A stretch of 64,000 bases of DNA, from contig NC_058368.1 in the NCBI RefSeq assembly GCF_018350175.1, positions 196,728,001-196,792,000 of the forward strand. The letters run 5' to 3'. A program made the position numbers and the translations under genes. Positions 25,406 to 36,785 of the stretch are shown piece after piece. The notes beneath the pieces are model-generated. The model did not search any database. It was given only the letters and a program-made list of their open reading frames with translations, and was not told the DNA's origin. The DNA is from Felis catus (taxonomy: Eukaryota). Position 1 is the stretch's first letter, and each line of letters opens with the position of its first letter.

Positions 25406-25517
25406 GGAGCACCTGGCTGGCTCAGTCAGTAGAGCATGCGACTCTTGATCTCAGGGTCATGTGTTCAAGCCCCACGCTGGGCATGGAGCCTACTAAAAAG
25501 AAAAACAACAACAACAG
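25406..25517 (+). mobile_element. Short old Can-SINE
   Basis: cctggctggctcagtcagtagagcatgcgactcttgatc; TSD gaaaacctttgctg. Confidence 0.88.
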
Positions 25518-26819
25518 AAAACCTTTGCTGACTCCTCGCTGCATGCCAAGTGCAAAGTCCTGGATGGTCAGAGCTCTCCCCTTTAGCCAGTTTCCCTGTT
25601 TTGTTTTGGGGTGACTGGAGGGCAGGGATAAGCTCAGCAGGGTGGTAGAATACACAGTGGGGCAGGGCACATGAGAGGTCTATAATAGACGGGGGGATCA
25701 CAGAGCAGAAAGGGCCCACTTGCAAGAGGGAGAATTAGATGCGGTGGAACTCACGCTGGGCCTTGAAGGATGCAGCCAGAGGTGGGGAGAGGAGACAGAC
25801 GCCTCATGCTAGGAGTCCGAGCGGCTGCCTGGCACAGGAAGGAATGGCACCAACACCACAAACTCTGTGGAGTCAGCCTCAGCCTACTCAACTGTAAATT
25901 GGGGAGACCGATGGGCACTCCTTCATGGGGTTCCTCAGAGAGTAATGTGACTGTGAATAATTTACATGACTAACTTGGCATAGGACCTGACCGAGGAACC
26001 TGAGGCCAGACCGCGAACCCCTGACACCAGGCCCATGTTAAGATTATTATATTGTTCTGTTTCTGCCGCACCAGATCCAGCATGGCATAGTCTCACAGTA
26101 GTTGAGGCATAAATTGCTAGAAGGGTAGGCAGGCATTTGAGGCCTTGAATGCCATCACCAGGAGCTCACTTCTGTAGGCTGTGCAGGGTGGACCCGCAGG
26201 ATGTTTTAAACAGTGGCTGCTGTAGCCTCCGGGATCACGAGCAGCGCGGAGGCCGGGTCATCCGTGGTGTCAAGGAGCCAAGACAGGGCCCTCCTCCCCA
26301 GCGTCCTGGGTACCACGCTTCCCGCGAGGAGGCTGAGACCAGAAATAAAGGCTCCAGCAGCCACGTTGCCAAGGCTGTTTGCCATGGCAACCTCAGGGAG
26401 CCACTCGTGGGCCGGCTGCCGCAACTGCTCAGGGCTTGGTTTCTAACGTCTCCTCGCTCTCCCTCTGCTAAATGGCTGTGTTCTGCCAGGCAAGCAAGGG
26501 AGAAAACACGGCTGCAGGGCTGCTGGGGAACATCCCTCTCAGCCAAGCAGGGCTCGCCCGGCTGAGTTCCCAGACAGTGGGTCCCAGACAGCCGAGCGTC
26601 TGCTATCCAGAGCCAGCCCTGCCCATGTAGACAGGAGCTAGGGGTCCTGTCCTGCCTCTGCTAGGTGACCCGAAGCCAGTCTCTGGTCAGCTCCCAGCCT
26701 GTTTCCTCACTTCGAGGTAAGGGCACTGAGTAAGATGGTCTGTAAGGCACTCCAGCTCCCCGAAAGCTGTTTTCCACTGGTGTGTTTATACATCCTTGTC
26801 ATTGTCACCATCCTGGTGG

Positions 26820-27090
26820 CACCTGTTTGCTGAGTGCTTACTTTATGTCAGGCAATGCTGCGAGCGTTATCCATTCTCTGCTGTAGCTATCCAAAGAAAA
26901 CACCACGATTCTCCCCAATGGTGTACGTGAGGCTTTGAATGCCATACCCAGGAGCTTGCTTCTACAACTGGGGTCTGAAAGGTTAAGACACTTGCTCAAG
27001 TGTCTCATCACACAGCTAGTAAGTGGTAGGCCCCTGATTTTAAACCCTTGGCAGCGAAACTCCAAAGCCGAGAGCTCTTAACCACTACCT
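26820..27090 (-). mobile_element. MIR
   Basis: tttgctgagtgcttactttatgtcaggca..cacacagctagtaagtggtagg..gctcttaaccactac. Confidence 0.7.
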
Positions 27091-30000
27091 GGTTCCTCTC
27101 TCTTCAAGTAGCATCTAACTGGATTCAGTTTTCTAAAAGTCAATATTGCGGTCCTTGCTAAGGTTGGGTGGGATTCCTCTTCAGCTCCCTCGGAAGCAGA
27201 GGGGGAAGGAAAACATAATACTCTGGAAGAGAAACCTCAGGGCGGCCTCAATGGGATCAAGGCCCCAGAGCTCAGTGGGACGGCAAAAGGCGGGGTCTAC
27301 ACTGGATTTGTCTGTTTTATTACTAACAATGGCTCCTACTCACTGAATATTCCTAAGCATTTTACAGACATCATGTCAACTAGTCCTAAAACCCTCCAAA
27401 CTATGTGCTACTATCCGTCCCACTTCCCAGGTGAAACACCTGAGGCACAAAGAAGCCTGTGCCAAGGTCACAGGGCTCCCAGAATCAGAGCCCAACCCTA
27501 GGGCTCAAGGTCTCTCAGCCACTTAAACAAATAATCGGGGCAAATGTTTGTTTTCTTACCTAAAAGAGGGAGCTGTAATTACAGGCCTTTGGGGATAATT
27601 AATCAATGACTTTACCCTCCCATTTGTAAAAGTCTCTCTGGTCTCCTACCCTACTCCTGGGCAGCAAATCTCTCTGCCCTAAAGAGTAGTCAGGGTGGGG
27701 GGAAATATTAAAAAAGAAAAAAAGGGCAGGGTGGGGAGCTCAGGAGTCTAGCTGCCATCAGGGGCCTACAGACCCTGTGCCCAGCCCAGCTGTATGCTTC
27801 ATATCGGACCCTCCCTCAGCCCTGTGAACCCAGGCTTCTGACCCCCCATCGCCACCCCCTGACTCACTCACTGGGTAATCCTTATGAAAGCACCTAATGA
27901 AGAAACCCAGGGTTAACTGCTAGGGGCATGGGGGGGCCTTTGGGGTTTAGGAGCTGTAAGAGTAGGAAACAAATGCAGCCCGTCCAGGGGTGGCAGTGGA
28001 ATGCACCCCAGGATCCCACAGCCACCACAAAGCCCAGCCACCTGGGCAACAGAGTCTCTCTGAGGACTATCCACCTGTCTGTCCCCCAGAGCCAAGACAC
28101 CCCCTCCCCAAGTTCTGATACTGGAAAAGAATAGGTCTGAGAGTCAGGGACCTGGACCTCTTCCAGCTAAGTGGCTTCTTCTGTGCCTCGCTCCGTATTC
28201 CTCTTCTGGAAAAGGCAGGGAAAGAGTGGATGCTCTCCAATGACCCTCCCAAGCATGGCAGGAGAGGACGGGGCTCAGGGGTCAATGTTCAAATCCCAGG
28301 CTAGACCCTCACGAGCTGCAAGCCCCTAAGTGACTAACCCAATCCCTGTGCACTTATAAAATGGGGACAACAGAGCCAACGTCACCGTTACTGGGAGAAA
28401 CCATGTGATAGTACTCAAAAGTCTCTTTTCACAAATACACACTGAAACAGTCACGGACGACAGGATGTGGTGTGTGCGTGGATGAACAAGAATGGCCATG
28501 GGTCCAAAATGGCAGAATCAGGCTGATGGGAACATGGGGATTCACCACACCATTCCGTAGCCGGCCCCTTCTGTACGTGTTGGACATTTTCCAGAGTAAA
28601 ATGTTTAAAACACAAACTTCTCTTCAGAGAACCTGACACGTAATCACATAAAACATTCTTCTGCTCAAAAAAAAAAAAAAAAAAATCATCTACGTAACAG
28701 GTAACCGCAAAGCTAGCTCAGGACAAAAATACTATTTCTTGCCCTCCCAGAGCTGTCAACCTAGCGGTAGGGACAGAAACACGCAGACACCAGAGGGACA
28801 GTAGGTAGCACCGTCCATGGGAGTGGTAGACTTAAGAGGCTTCCCCTGGAGGACAGGTGTGGGGGTGGGAGGAGCCCGAAGTGCAGGTGGGCTAGGAATA
28901 CATTTAAACGGTGGGGTGGAGTGATTTCCTAAATGAGTAAACTTAACACGGCCTACATTAGGAAAAAAAAATACCCATTATTTGGTGCTTATTATACGGC
29001 ACGTAGCGCGTTAGGCGCTTTCAATCCATTTGCATTTGATTTTCATTGACTTCTTGCCACAACTTTATAAGGCAAGTACTCTTTATTGTTATCTTTATAC
29101 AGGAGGAAACAGGAGTGCAGGGAGGTTACGGGACCCACCAGGGGTCTCACAGCCAGCAACCGGCCAAGGCCAACCCACGGAGGATGAGTGAGTGCAGTGG
29201 CCACACCAGGGATGAGCAGCTGTGCCTGGAGAGCGGGGAGAAGGTGGCACCACGACAATGGCATCGGAGCTGGATCTGGAAGGATGAGTATGGAAATGGG
29301 AGAAATAGTGGCAGAGGAGATAGACTACACTTCCAGGAAGAAGATTCATGACATACCCTGGGGGAGGGGGAGGGGACACCCATACCGAAAGAGAAAGTAG
29401 ACGAAGCAGGATAAAGTCAGGGGCCTGGCTCTCCAAGTTCAAGTCCTTGGAGGCCCTTGAACATTTAAACTTGGGGCTTTAGTGTAAAAGTCCTGGGAAG
29501 CCACGGGGTGGGGGGTGGGGGGGGCGGCGGGAGGGGATGTGTGAGCGAGGGAATGGCATCAGACGTGCATTCTAGTAACTGCAGGAATCCCATAGTCATG
29601 AAAAGACAAGACCCAGACCGGAAGACGGGGAGAGGAACAGAAAGGGCAATCCAATCCAATCCAATTGATTCTACATCAAACGAGAGTCCACAGGACGAGT
29701 CCACAGGACCGATGTGAGGCACTGGAGTACCTTGGAGAAGAAACAGCCAATGGGCCTGCTCATTCTCTTCCAAATGACTTTATCTGGGTCTCCTTCACCC
29801 TCACATAAGAATTATGTTTCCCTCTTTTGCATACAAAAAGACTGCATGAAGGGGAGTTTGCTTACACTTAATCCTGCCCTTCCAAAGTGCTTCAAAAAGA
29901 ATTCCAAGTGTTCTGAGCTGCAGGCTGCGACTCATTTTATATACATTATATTATTTGACTCTCAACCCTGGGAGTTAGGGACTACAATCCCCACTTCAGA

Positions 30001-30169
30001 GATTGAGAAACTGAGGCCTAGAGAAGCAGAGGGCCTGATGAGTTGTCTTCTCTCTCCCTCTCTCTCTCTCTGCAATGTGCCTTCATTCGCTCGAGGTGCT
30101 AGAAACACACTGCACAGGAGTCGTCCCTGCCTCTCCCTGCCTCTCCCTGCCTCGGGAGCTTGGAGTCAC

Positions 30170-30430
30170 GTGGTCTGGGAACCTCGCCTCTGATCCTGGC
30201 TCTTCTACTCACTCCAAGACAGCGTAGGTAGATTATCTTCAGCAAGCCAGCCAGTTCTCTGAAACTAAAATCCTCATCTGTAAAATGGTAATATAATGGC
30301 ACCTACCCTTTGTAGACTCTCCCTGAGGACAAAACGCAACAATGCAAAAACAATGCTTGGCAGAGTGCACGGCATCTAAAGGATGCTCCGACAGATGTCG
30401 CTGAGGATGATGAAGGAGGAGTTAGCTGTT
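30170..30430 (+). mobile_element. MIR
   Basis: tcctcatctgtaaaatggtaatataatggcacctacc..aatgcttggcagagtg. Confidence 0.7.
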
Positions 30431-31039
30431 AGCACTGCAGTGCTCATGTTATGACCTCACTTCTAAGCCCAAGTCCCCATTTGCAAGGCTGCTTCTGACT
30501 CAAGCCAGTATTCCTTCTATTATTCCAGAGAGAGAGAGAGAGAGGGAAAAGGGTGACTCATACCCTGGCAATGGTGAAGCTTCTGGCTGGCCTGCAGCAG
30601 CTGGGGAGAGGAGAGTCCCAAGGTGAAGGGGAAATATGAGCCCCCCAGGGCCCAGTTGCTGGGCCATTGCCTTTCCTGGCTTTCACAGGCATCCTGATCA
30701 TTAGTAGCAGCCACGGAGCCCCAGTGAAAGTGGAGCCCTGCCCTCAGGTAAACAAAGCCAGCACACATGTCCCCTTCTGGGCTCAGGTGAGGAAGTTACT
30801 CCCCCTGTTCCCACACAGGTGAGGGGTGCGCAAAGGCACCCAGCCAAGGCTGCACTCCAACCTGCCCCTCTAGATGCCTGCAACGTTGACTTGGAAAAGC
30901 AGTTAGCCCTGGCATGGGGGGCCATGGAAGCTGGGGGGCTATGGAAGCTGCAACACTGCATACCCAACAGGTGAACACTAAGGAGTTCAAGCCATTTTCC
31001 CAAATCTCCATGTGACGGGGCCCCTTCTCAGTACTCAGG

Positions 31040-31890
31040 TCCAATTTTAGAACACTGAGGGGATAGGACACCAACTGAGAAATGGGCCAAATCATAAACA
31101 TGACAGTTCACAGAACAGAACCAAAAATGGCCCATCATCATATGGGGGGGGCAGGGGGGAAGCATTACAAGTGAACAAAGAAATGCACGTTAAAACAAAA
31201 GGTTAAAAGAATTTATTGATGAACAGACTGGCAAAAATGAAAACCAATTAAAATACCAAGAGTTTTCTGGCTACAGGGAACCAGGCATTCCCACACAATG
31301 CTGGTAAGTGTGTAAATCACCACAATCCTTCTAGAAGGCAATCCAGAAATGTGTTTCCCAAACGCCTGCATAGTTCCTTTGACAGAGTAATTTCACTTCT
31401 AGGAATTTAAATGAAGGAAAGAAGACATATGCAAAGATATTCATTTCAGCATGGCTTACAAGAACAACAAAAATTGTAAACAACTTAAATGGCTAACAAT
31501 AAAGGACTCATTAAATACATTTTGGTTCAACCCTCAATGAAATACTATATAACCATTCAGATAGTATGATATTAAGTAGAATATTTATTGATGTGGAAAG
31601 ACAATCACAGCATATTGTTTGGAGGAGAAAAAAAAAAGCATATTACAACAGCATGATTCCAAGTTACAATTAGGATATAATGAGTGACTCCATTTTTGTG
31701 CAAAGATATAATCGATAGGAGTGACTCCATTTTTGTGCAAAAGATACAATCGGTAGGAATCAATAGGAAAGGAAGGTCTGGAAATATATATAAAAATTAA
31801 CAGGGGTTACCTCTGGGTAAGATTACCTATTTTCAATTTCCTCTTCATGCCTGCCAGTATTTTCTAACAATTCTATAATTGAATATTTTT
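31040..31890 (+). mobile_element. Old L1 (L1MC/ME-like) 3' region
   Basis: gaaatgggccaaatcataaaca..aatgctggtaagtgtgtaaat..gtaatttcacttctaggaattta..ggttacctctggg. Confidence 0.8.
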
Positions 31891-32744
31891 AAGTGGTAAG
31901 AGATTAGACCACATGATTTGTACAGCTCTGACATTTTGGACATCTATCTACGATTGATGTCCCAAGTGACTTCAAACAACCCATATTTAGTGTGGGCTTA
32001 CTGTGTGGCCTTTAGAGCCTAAGTCATGGCCTATAGCTGTAGCTTTCTGCATTCCTTTCTACCCATACTGACTGCCCAGCTGTCTCAGGGACCGCCTAGG
32101 AGCTTCCCCTGTAATTCACGTGCCTAGCCAAGAGCCAAGCAAAGGAATTCAGCACGGTGGCAGGTGCCACGGGGCCACAAAGAGATGAAAGGCACAACTC
32201 TAGTTCCAGAATCTTACTGGGCCACAGGACTCACACACAAAATGCTTGGTTGTATCACACAGACTAAGAAAACCAAAAGAGACACAAACCAGAGCAAGCC
32301 AGGAAAGGAAGGCCTGCTCGAGAGGGCCATGCAGGAACAGTGGGTGAGGGCACTGGAGGCAAGGGGCACAGGCTGGGCAAAGGTGAAGCCAACCCAAAGT
32401 CCTCTGGGATACGTGCCCCAAACCTTTCCAAGAAACTTTCACAATCCTCGGTCTGCAGAATTTCTGAACTTTGGCCCGAATGGGTAAAAGTTAAGTCTCC
32501 TAAACACAAGTCCTCCCTCTCTCTAACTCTGGATTAGCCACCAAAGACAAGTCTTTTGGATAAAGACAATAAATTAGCTTTTTATTCGCTTTCCCCACCC
32601 CTGGGGGGGGGGGGGTCGGGAATGGAGGGAGGGACAGGGAGGGTCTGGAAGAGGAGAGGGAGTTGCAGGAACAACCAGACATCTCACATGCAAGCAGAGC
32701 TCACCCCCACCACCTCGACCTCCTCTTCTCTTGCCTGCAACACC

Positions 32745-32868
32745 AGCCCCATTTGACAGATGGAGGAAAGGAGGCTCAGAGAGTTCAAATGGCTCGCTCT
32801 GGGGTCACCCAGCCAGAGAGTGGGGAAGGCGACTCCACTCAGGCCTTCTGACTCCAAGTCCAGTGCTA
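32745..32868 (-). mobile_element. MIR forming the 3p side of mir-378
   Basis: cccatttgacagatggaggaaaggaggctcagagagttcaa..ggtcacccagc..ggccttctgactccaagtccagtgct. Confidence 0.75.
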
Positions 32869-32906
32869 TTTCGAGGTAACACACAGGACCTGGAGTCAGG
32901 AGCCCT
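32841..32906 (-). ncRNA. MIR378: pre-mir-378(a) hairpin; 5p arm 32881-32902 (CUCCUGACUCCAGGUCCUGUGU), 3p arm 32843-32864 (ACUGGACUUGGAGUCAGAAGGC)
   Basis: Both mature arms match miR-378a-5p/-3p on the minus strand, with loop GUUACCUCGAAAUAGC, in the expected position in PPARGC1B intron 1. Confidence 0.98.
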
Positions 32907-32991
32907 GGGTGGCTCTGTCACCCGCTGGCTGCGTGGTCCTGTACAAGCCGCTCACCCCTCGCAGCCTCTAACCCCAACTGTAAAATGAGGA
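32880..32991 (+). mobile_element. MIR forming the 5p side of mir-378
   Basis: ggacctggagtcaggagccctgggt..gctctgtcacccgctggctgcgtg..ctgtaaaatgagg. Confidence 0.7.
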
Positions 32992-35347
32992 GGCACGCGA
33001 TGGCCCGCCCAGGTCCTCTTCCGGCCGGGCTCTATGAACCTTCTAGGGGTGGCTGCAAAGCTCCCCTATCAATTACATTTCCCAAGTTGGGCCGGCAAAG
33101 ATCACCAGAGGAGCCTCTGCCTGTCACGTGGTTAAATAAAAAAAGCAAACGTCCCAGATTAACTTTCACTGCACTGCTTCTGCTGACAGCCGATTACCCA
33201 ATTTTCTAGTTTCCTTGGGTGAAATATCCCTGCAGGGTAGGCCCACTGCGAGACTAAAGGGCAAATAATGAATTACTGGTGAGCCAAAGAACACTGAAGA
33301 TGGAGTTAAAACCAGGGTCCAGAACGGACGGTTTTTGCTCTGGGTCCCCGAACGAGTCTCCTGCTATTTCAGGCTTCCATCACCCGAGTCTCAGTCGCGA
33401 GGTTTGGAGGCACCCCCAGACAAGTGCAAGGGATGAGGACAGAACTTTCCCGGGGGTAGCTCTGTCCCGCCCGCACCCAGTCCTCCTAGGCCCAGGCTGT
33501 CGGCTGGGGCTGGGGAGGGGGGCGGCGGTAACGGGGCGGCGGTGGGGCTGGGGCTGGGATCTGCCTTCCGAGTAGACGTGGGCGCGGGGCGGGCGACGGC
33601 GCCCGGTGACCGCCGCGGGAGCTCCACTGCAGTTTCGTCAGAGGTAAAGGTACGCGCCCGGCGCGCGCGGCGTGTGCACACAAACACACACACCCGCGCG
33701 CGCAGACCGCTCATCACACACACTACCCACCCCACCCCCGGCCCTAAGAATGCGCGATCACACGCCACCACCCCCTCGGCCCCAGCCCCGAAACCACCCC
33801 AGCACGCCCGCCACCGACCACGAGGCCCCGCGGCTCCCTGACGCATGGATGTCTGCAGCGGGCGAGGGTCGGCCTTCTCCCGCGCGCGGCGGGCTTCCTC
33901 TCCGCGACACCCCGCCACGCCGCGCCGTCCCAGCCGCCAGCCGGGAGTCGCCGCCCGGAGCTGAACGTCTCGGCTGCTGCGCGTCCCCTCCAAGTCGAGT
34001 CTCTCGGCTAGGAGTCAGCTTGCAAGCCTCTCCCCGCCCACCCGGTCCCATGACAGCTGCTGCCGCCCAAAGACAGGCAGATTATAACAAGAAGCAAAGT
34101 TTCCCTCTCTCTCCTCCCACCGCCCGCCCCCCCTCCGCCTTCCCCCTCCCTTCCAGTGTTATGCAAAACGAGCCGGCACCGGCGCTCCGACTCCAGGTAC
34201 CAAACCAGCCCTCGCGAGCCGCGCCCGGTTCCGCCCGGCGGCCCCCTCTCCGCGCCCAGCCGTGCGCCCGCATCCGGGGTCTCATTCTCGCCTCCGCCGC
34301 ATCCCCAGCCTCCCCGCTACCCGCAGCCGGGCGCCGGGAGAAAAAGCCATAACTATGGGGCCAAACTTTATGCTTGCAACAGGCATGGGGTGGGGAAAAC
34401 CAAGGAAGGGGTGGGGGGCGCGTACGCCTAGTGCAGGCATTTTCGGTGGCGGCTCGTCCCAGCAGCAGCCGCCCCCCCCCGCTCCCCGTCTCCAAGTCAC
34501 CAGCTCTCTCGCCTCCCCCCGCCCCGGCACACCAGAGCACCCTCTCCTGTCACGCGCGTGTCGCCGGTGGGGCTCCCAGGCGCAGCCAGAGCCCGGGACG
34601 CCGCCTCGCCTTCCCTTCCCCCAGCATCGCCGGGCGCGCACCGGGGCCGCGCGCCGCAGGGGGGACCCAGGCGCCCCCAGACAGCCTTTCCACCCCCATC
34701 CTGCCGTGCTTTTCCCCCCGGGGGATCGGCCGGTAGCGAAACCAGGAAGGTGCTATCTCCGGCCGCATGTCCACGTGCCCCGCAGACCCCCTAAGCCCTT
34801 AGCCGGCAACCGGCAGGAAACTCTGCGCTGCAGGCGCCGATGGGGAGCCGCGGGGGGCCAGCAGCAGCACTCCGGGCACCCGAGACCGGAGGACCAGGGC
34901 ACTCGGGGGACCGGGGCAGGCGCCTGAGCCGGGGCCACAAGTCCACGTGAAAGTACGGCAGCAAGTGCCGGCAGTCTGAGGGCGCGCCTCCAGCACCCAG
35001 GGCCAGCCTGAGGGTCCCCCACACCTTGGCGCGGCTCCACCTCCCCAAGGAAACGCGGTAACCCCCACTTCTGCCGGCGGGGGGGGGGCAGACTCCAAGC
35101 ACCCGAGGCCAGACCCTCCCCAGCGGCCGTAGCTCCCCCCACGCTCGGGCTTGCGCGGGGGGAGCCCCCAGCTCCCTACCTCCGAAACAGAGATCCTCTC
35201 AGGGTGCAAGGAAAGGGGGGCTCCGCAGCCGGGAACCCCCGATCCCCCCGATGCACCCACCGTCGCCTCCCGGCCTCCGCGGCTGCGACGGCAGCCCCCG
35301 CAGCTCAGCACCCCTGGCCCCCGGCCCGCGGCCCCTGCTGGCCGTAC

Positions 35348-35425
35348 CTGCGTGTCGGCGAGATAGTTGAGGAAGAAGGAGGAGAGCTCTTCGTCCAGCA
35401 GCGCGCCGCAGTCGTTCCCCGCCAT
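35348..35425 (-). CDS. PPARGC1B: PPARGC1B (PGC-1beta) first coding exon, 26 codons [26 protein letters not shown]; the gene continues beyond the left end of the window
   Basis: Translation matches the recognised PGC-1beta N-terminus. ATG is in strong Kozak context (GGAAGATGG), followed by a phase-0 donor CAG|GTACGG at 35348/35347. It lies in a CpG island with intronic mir-378 ~2.5 kb downstream, as known for this gene. Confidence 0.97.
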
Positions 35426-35540
35426 CTTCCAGCCGCGGCTGCAGCGTGCGGCGGAGTCAGCGCCGAGCCGGCCGGGGGGAGGGAGCGAGCGAGCAAGCGA
35501 GGGAGGCGGGAGGAGGGAGCGAGGCCGGCGGGAGGCGGAG
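35426..35540 (-). other. PPARGC1B: PPARGC1B 5' UTR (C-rich, no ATG); TSS position approximate
   Basis: Minus strand reads CTCCCTCGCTTGCTCGCTCGCTCCCTCCCCCCGGCCGGCTCGGCGCTGACTCCGCCGCACGCTGCAGCCGCGGCTGGAAG directly 5' of the ATG. Confidence 0.75.
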
Positions 35541-36400
35541 GGCGGAGCTCAGGGCCCGGCTGCCGCAGGGCCGCTGGCTGCGGGGGCGGGGCCGCGCGGT
35601 GCCCGCGCGAGCCGGGGGTCGCGCCCCCACTTTCCTGCGCCACGTCTGGCGCCGGGGTCCTCGCTCGCAGCCCCCGGCCCCGAGGAAAGCGCCCGCAGCC
35701 GGGTGACGATGCCCCAGCCAGCGGCCCGGTGCCTGCGCAGCAATGCGGGCAGCCCCCCGCTCCTGCCAGAGCGAATCACGTTGCGTTAGCGCTGGGCGGG
35801 TCCTTTGAGACAACCTGCTTCTGCACAGCTGGGGAAACTGAGGCCCGAGAAGGCAGAGGACTTGGTTTGAAGTCACTGTGCATTTCAATAGCAGGAAGAC
35901 ACAGTACATAAGCTCAGGTCCGACTGCCCCAGAGGTTTGAGGTTTTCTGCCTGAGCTGCAAGACCAGAGAGGGAGGAAAACCATAGGTCAGAGGTGGAGA
36001 AATCAGGGAAGGCTCCTCAAAGGAGGTGGCCTTTTTTTTTTTTTTCTTTTCCTTGAAAAATGCATTGACTCGTATTCTGTTAAGTTTGACCATCTCCCTC
36101 CGGTCTCTCTTCACTCCCCTACCCCTGAATAAACTTCCATGACTTCTCTTACCATGCATGGCTCACATGCCCACTTCCCCAGGCCCCCTGGCCACCCAGT
36201 TCCTTTGATGAACCCTCTCAATACCCGCACCCACACACAGTGCTTTCCACTGACCAGCGGCCATCTACCTAGTAACCACATCTTCAGAGGGTGGGTCCCC
36301 ACTTCAGTGGGTCCCCACTGCCCTTCAGACTGTCAACCCCTTCTTTCTCCCGCCACCCCCACCGCCATGGGCCCCCTTAGCTCTACAGGCCTTTCCTTTA

Positions 36401-36611
36401 GGGGCATCTGGGTGACTCAGTTGGTTAAGCATCCAATTCTTGATTCAGCTCAGGTCATGATCCCACAGTTCTTGAGTTCCAGCCCCACATGGAGCGCTGC
36501 CCTGACAGCATAGAGCCTGCTTGGGATTCTCCCCCCACCCACCCCCCACACACACACTGTGCCTTTCTCTCTCTCAAAATAAATAAATAAACTTAAAAAA
36601 ATAAAAATAAA
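36401..36611 (+). mobile_element. Can-SINE
   Basis: Head, degenerate CT tract, A tail. Confidence 0.9.
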
Positions 36612-36659
36612 ACACTGGCCATAATTGCCATCTTACATGTGTTTCAGTGAAGATTTGGT

Positions 36660-36785
36660 CTTCGCGTCTCTCCTTACTAGACCCTGAGACCCATGAAGGC
36701 AGGGACTCAATCTGCTTTCCCATTTGCTATACCTCCAGTGCCTGGCACACAGTAGGTGCTTAATAAACAATGTGTTAACTATAGA
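36660..36785 (+). mobile_element. L2 3' end
   Basis: tactagaccctgagacccatgaaggcaggga..cagtgcctggcacacagtaggtgcttaataaa. Confidence 0.8.

Larger units (their letters stand above)
1..35347 (-). other. PPARGC1B: PPARGC1B intron 1 (partial; no exon 2 seen in window)
   Basis: Begins at the GT donor (35347). No further PGC-1beta coding sequence recognised in the ORF track. Intron 1 is known to be very long in mammals. Confidence 0.85.
33480..35800. promoter_or_regulatory. CpG island / PPARGC1B promoter extending into intron 1
   Basis: Very GC- and CpG-rich compared with the flanks. GC box GGGGCGGGGC at ~35583-35592, no TATA, CACGTG E-boxes at 34772 and 34944. Confidence 0.93.

Noticed and set aside
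22955..25517. tRNA-like sequences at ~23000-23074 and ~25410-25490
   Set aside because: They have A/T tails and TSDs, so they are short tRNA-derived carnivore SINEs rather than tRNA genes
30295..30330. Minus-strand donor-like GG|GTAGGT preceded by codons for VYK, reminiscent of a recalled alternative PGC-1beta N-terminus
   Set aside because: Inside a MIR, no adjacent ATG, phase does not fit exon 2, and the recollection cannot be verified
34799..35347. Continuation of the 208-aa ORF beyond ..ADTQ
   Set aside because: Intron read-through past the CAG|GTACGG donor; low-complexity GC-rich translation unlike PGC-1beta
33391..35984. Many overlapping 100-235 aa ORFs on both strands
   Set aside because: Expected from stop-codon scarcity in a CpG island; Pro/Arg/Gly/Ala-rich with no recognisable domain
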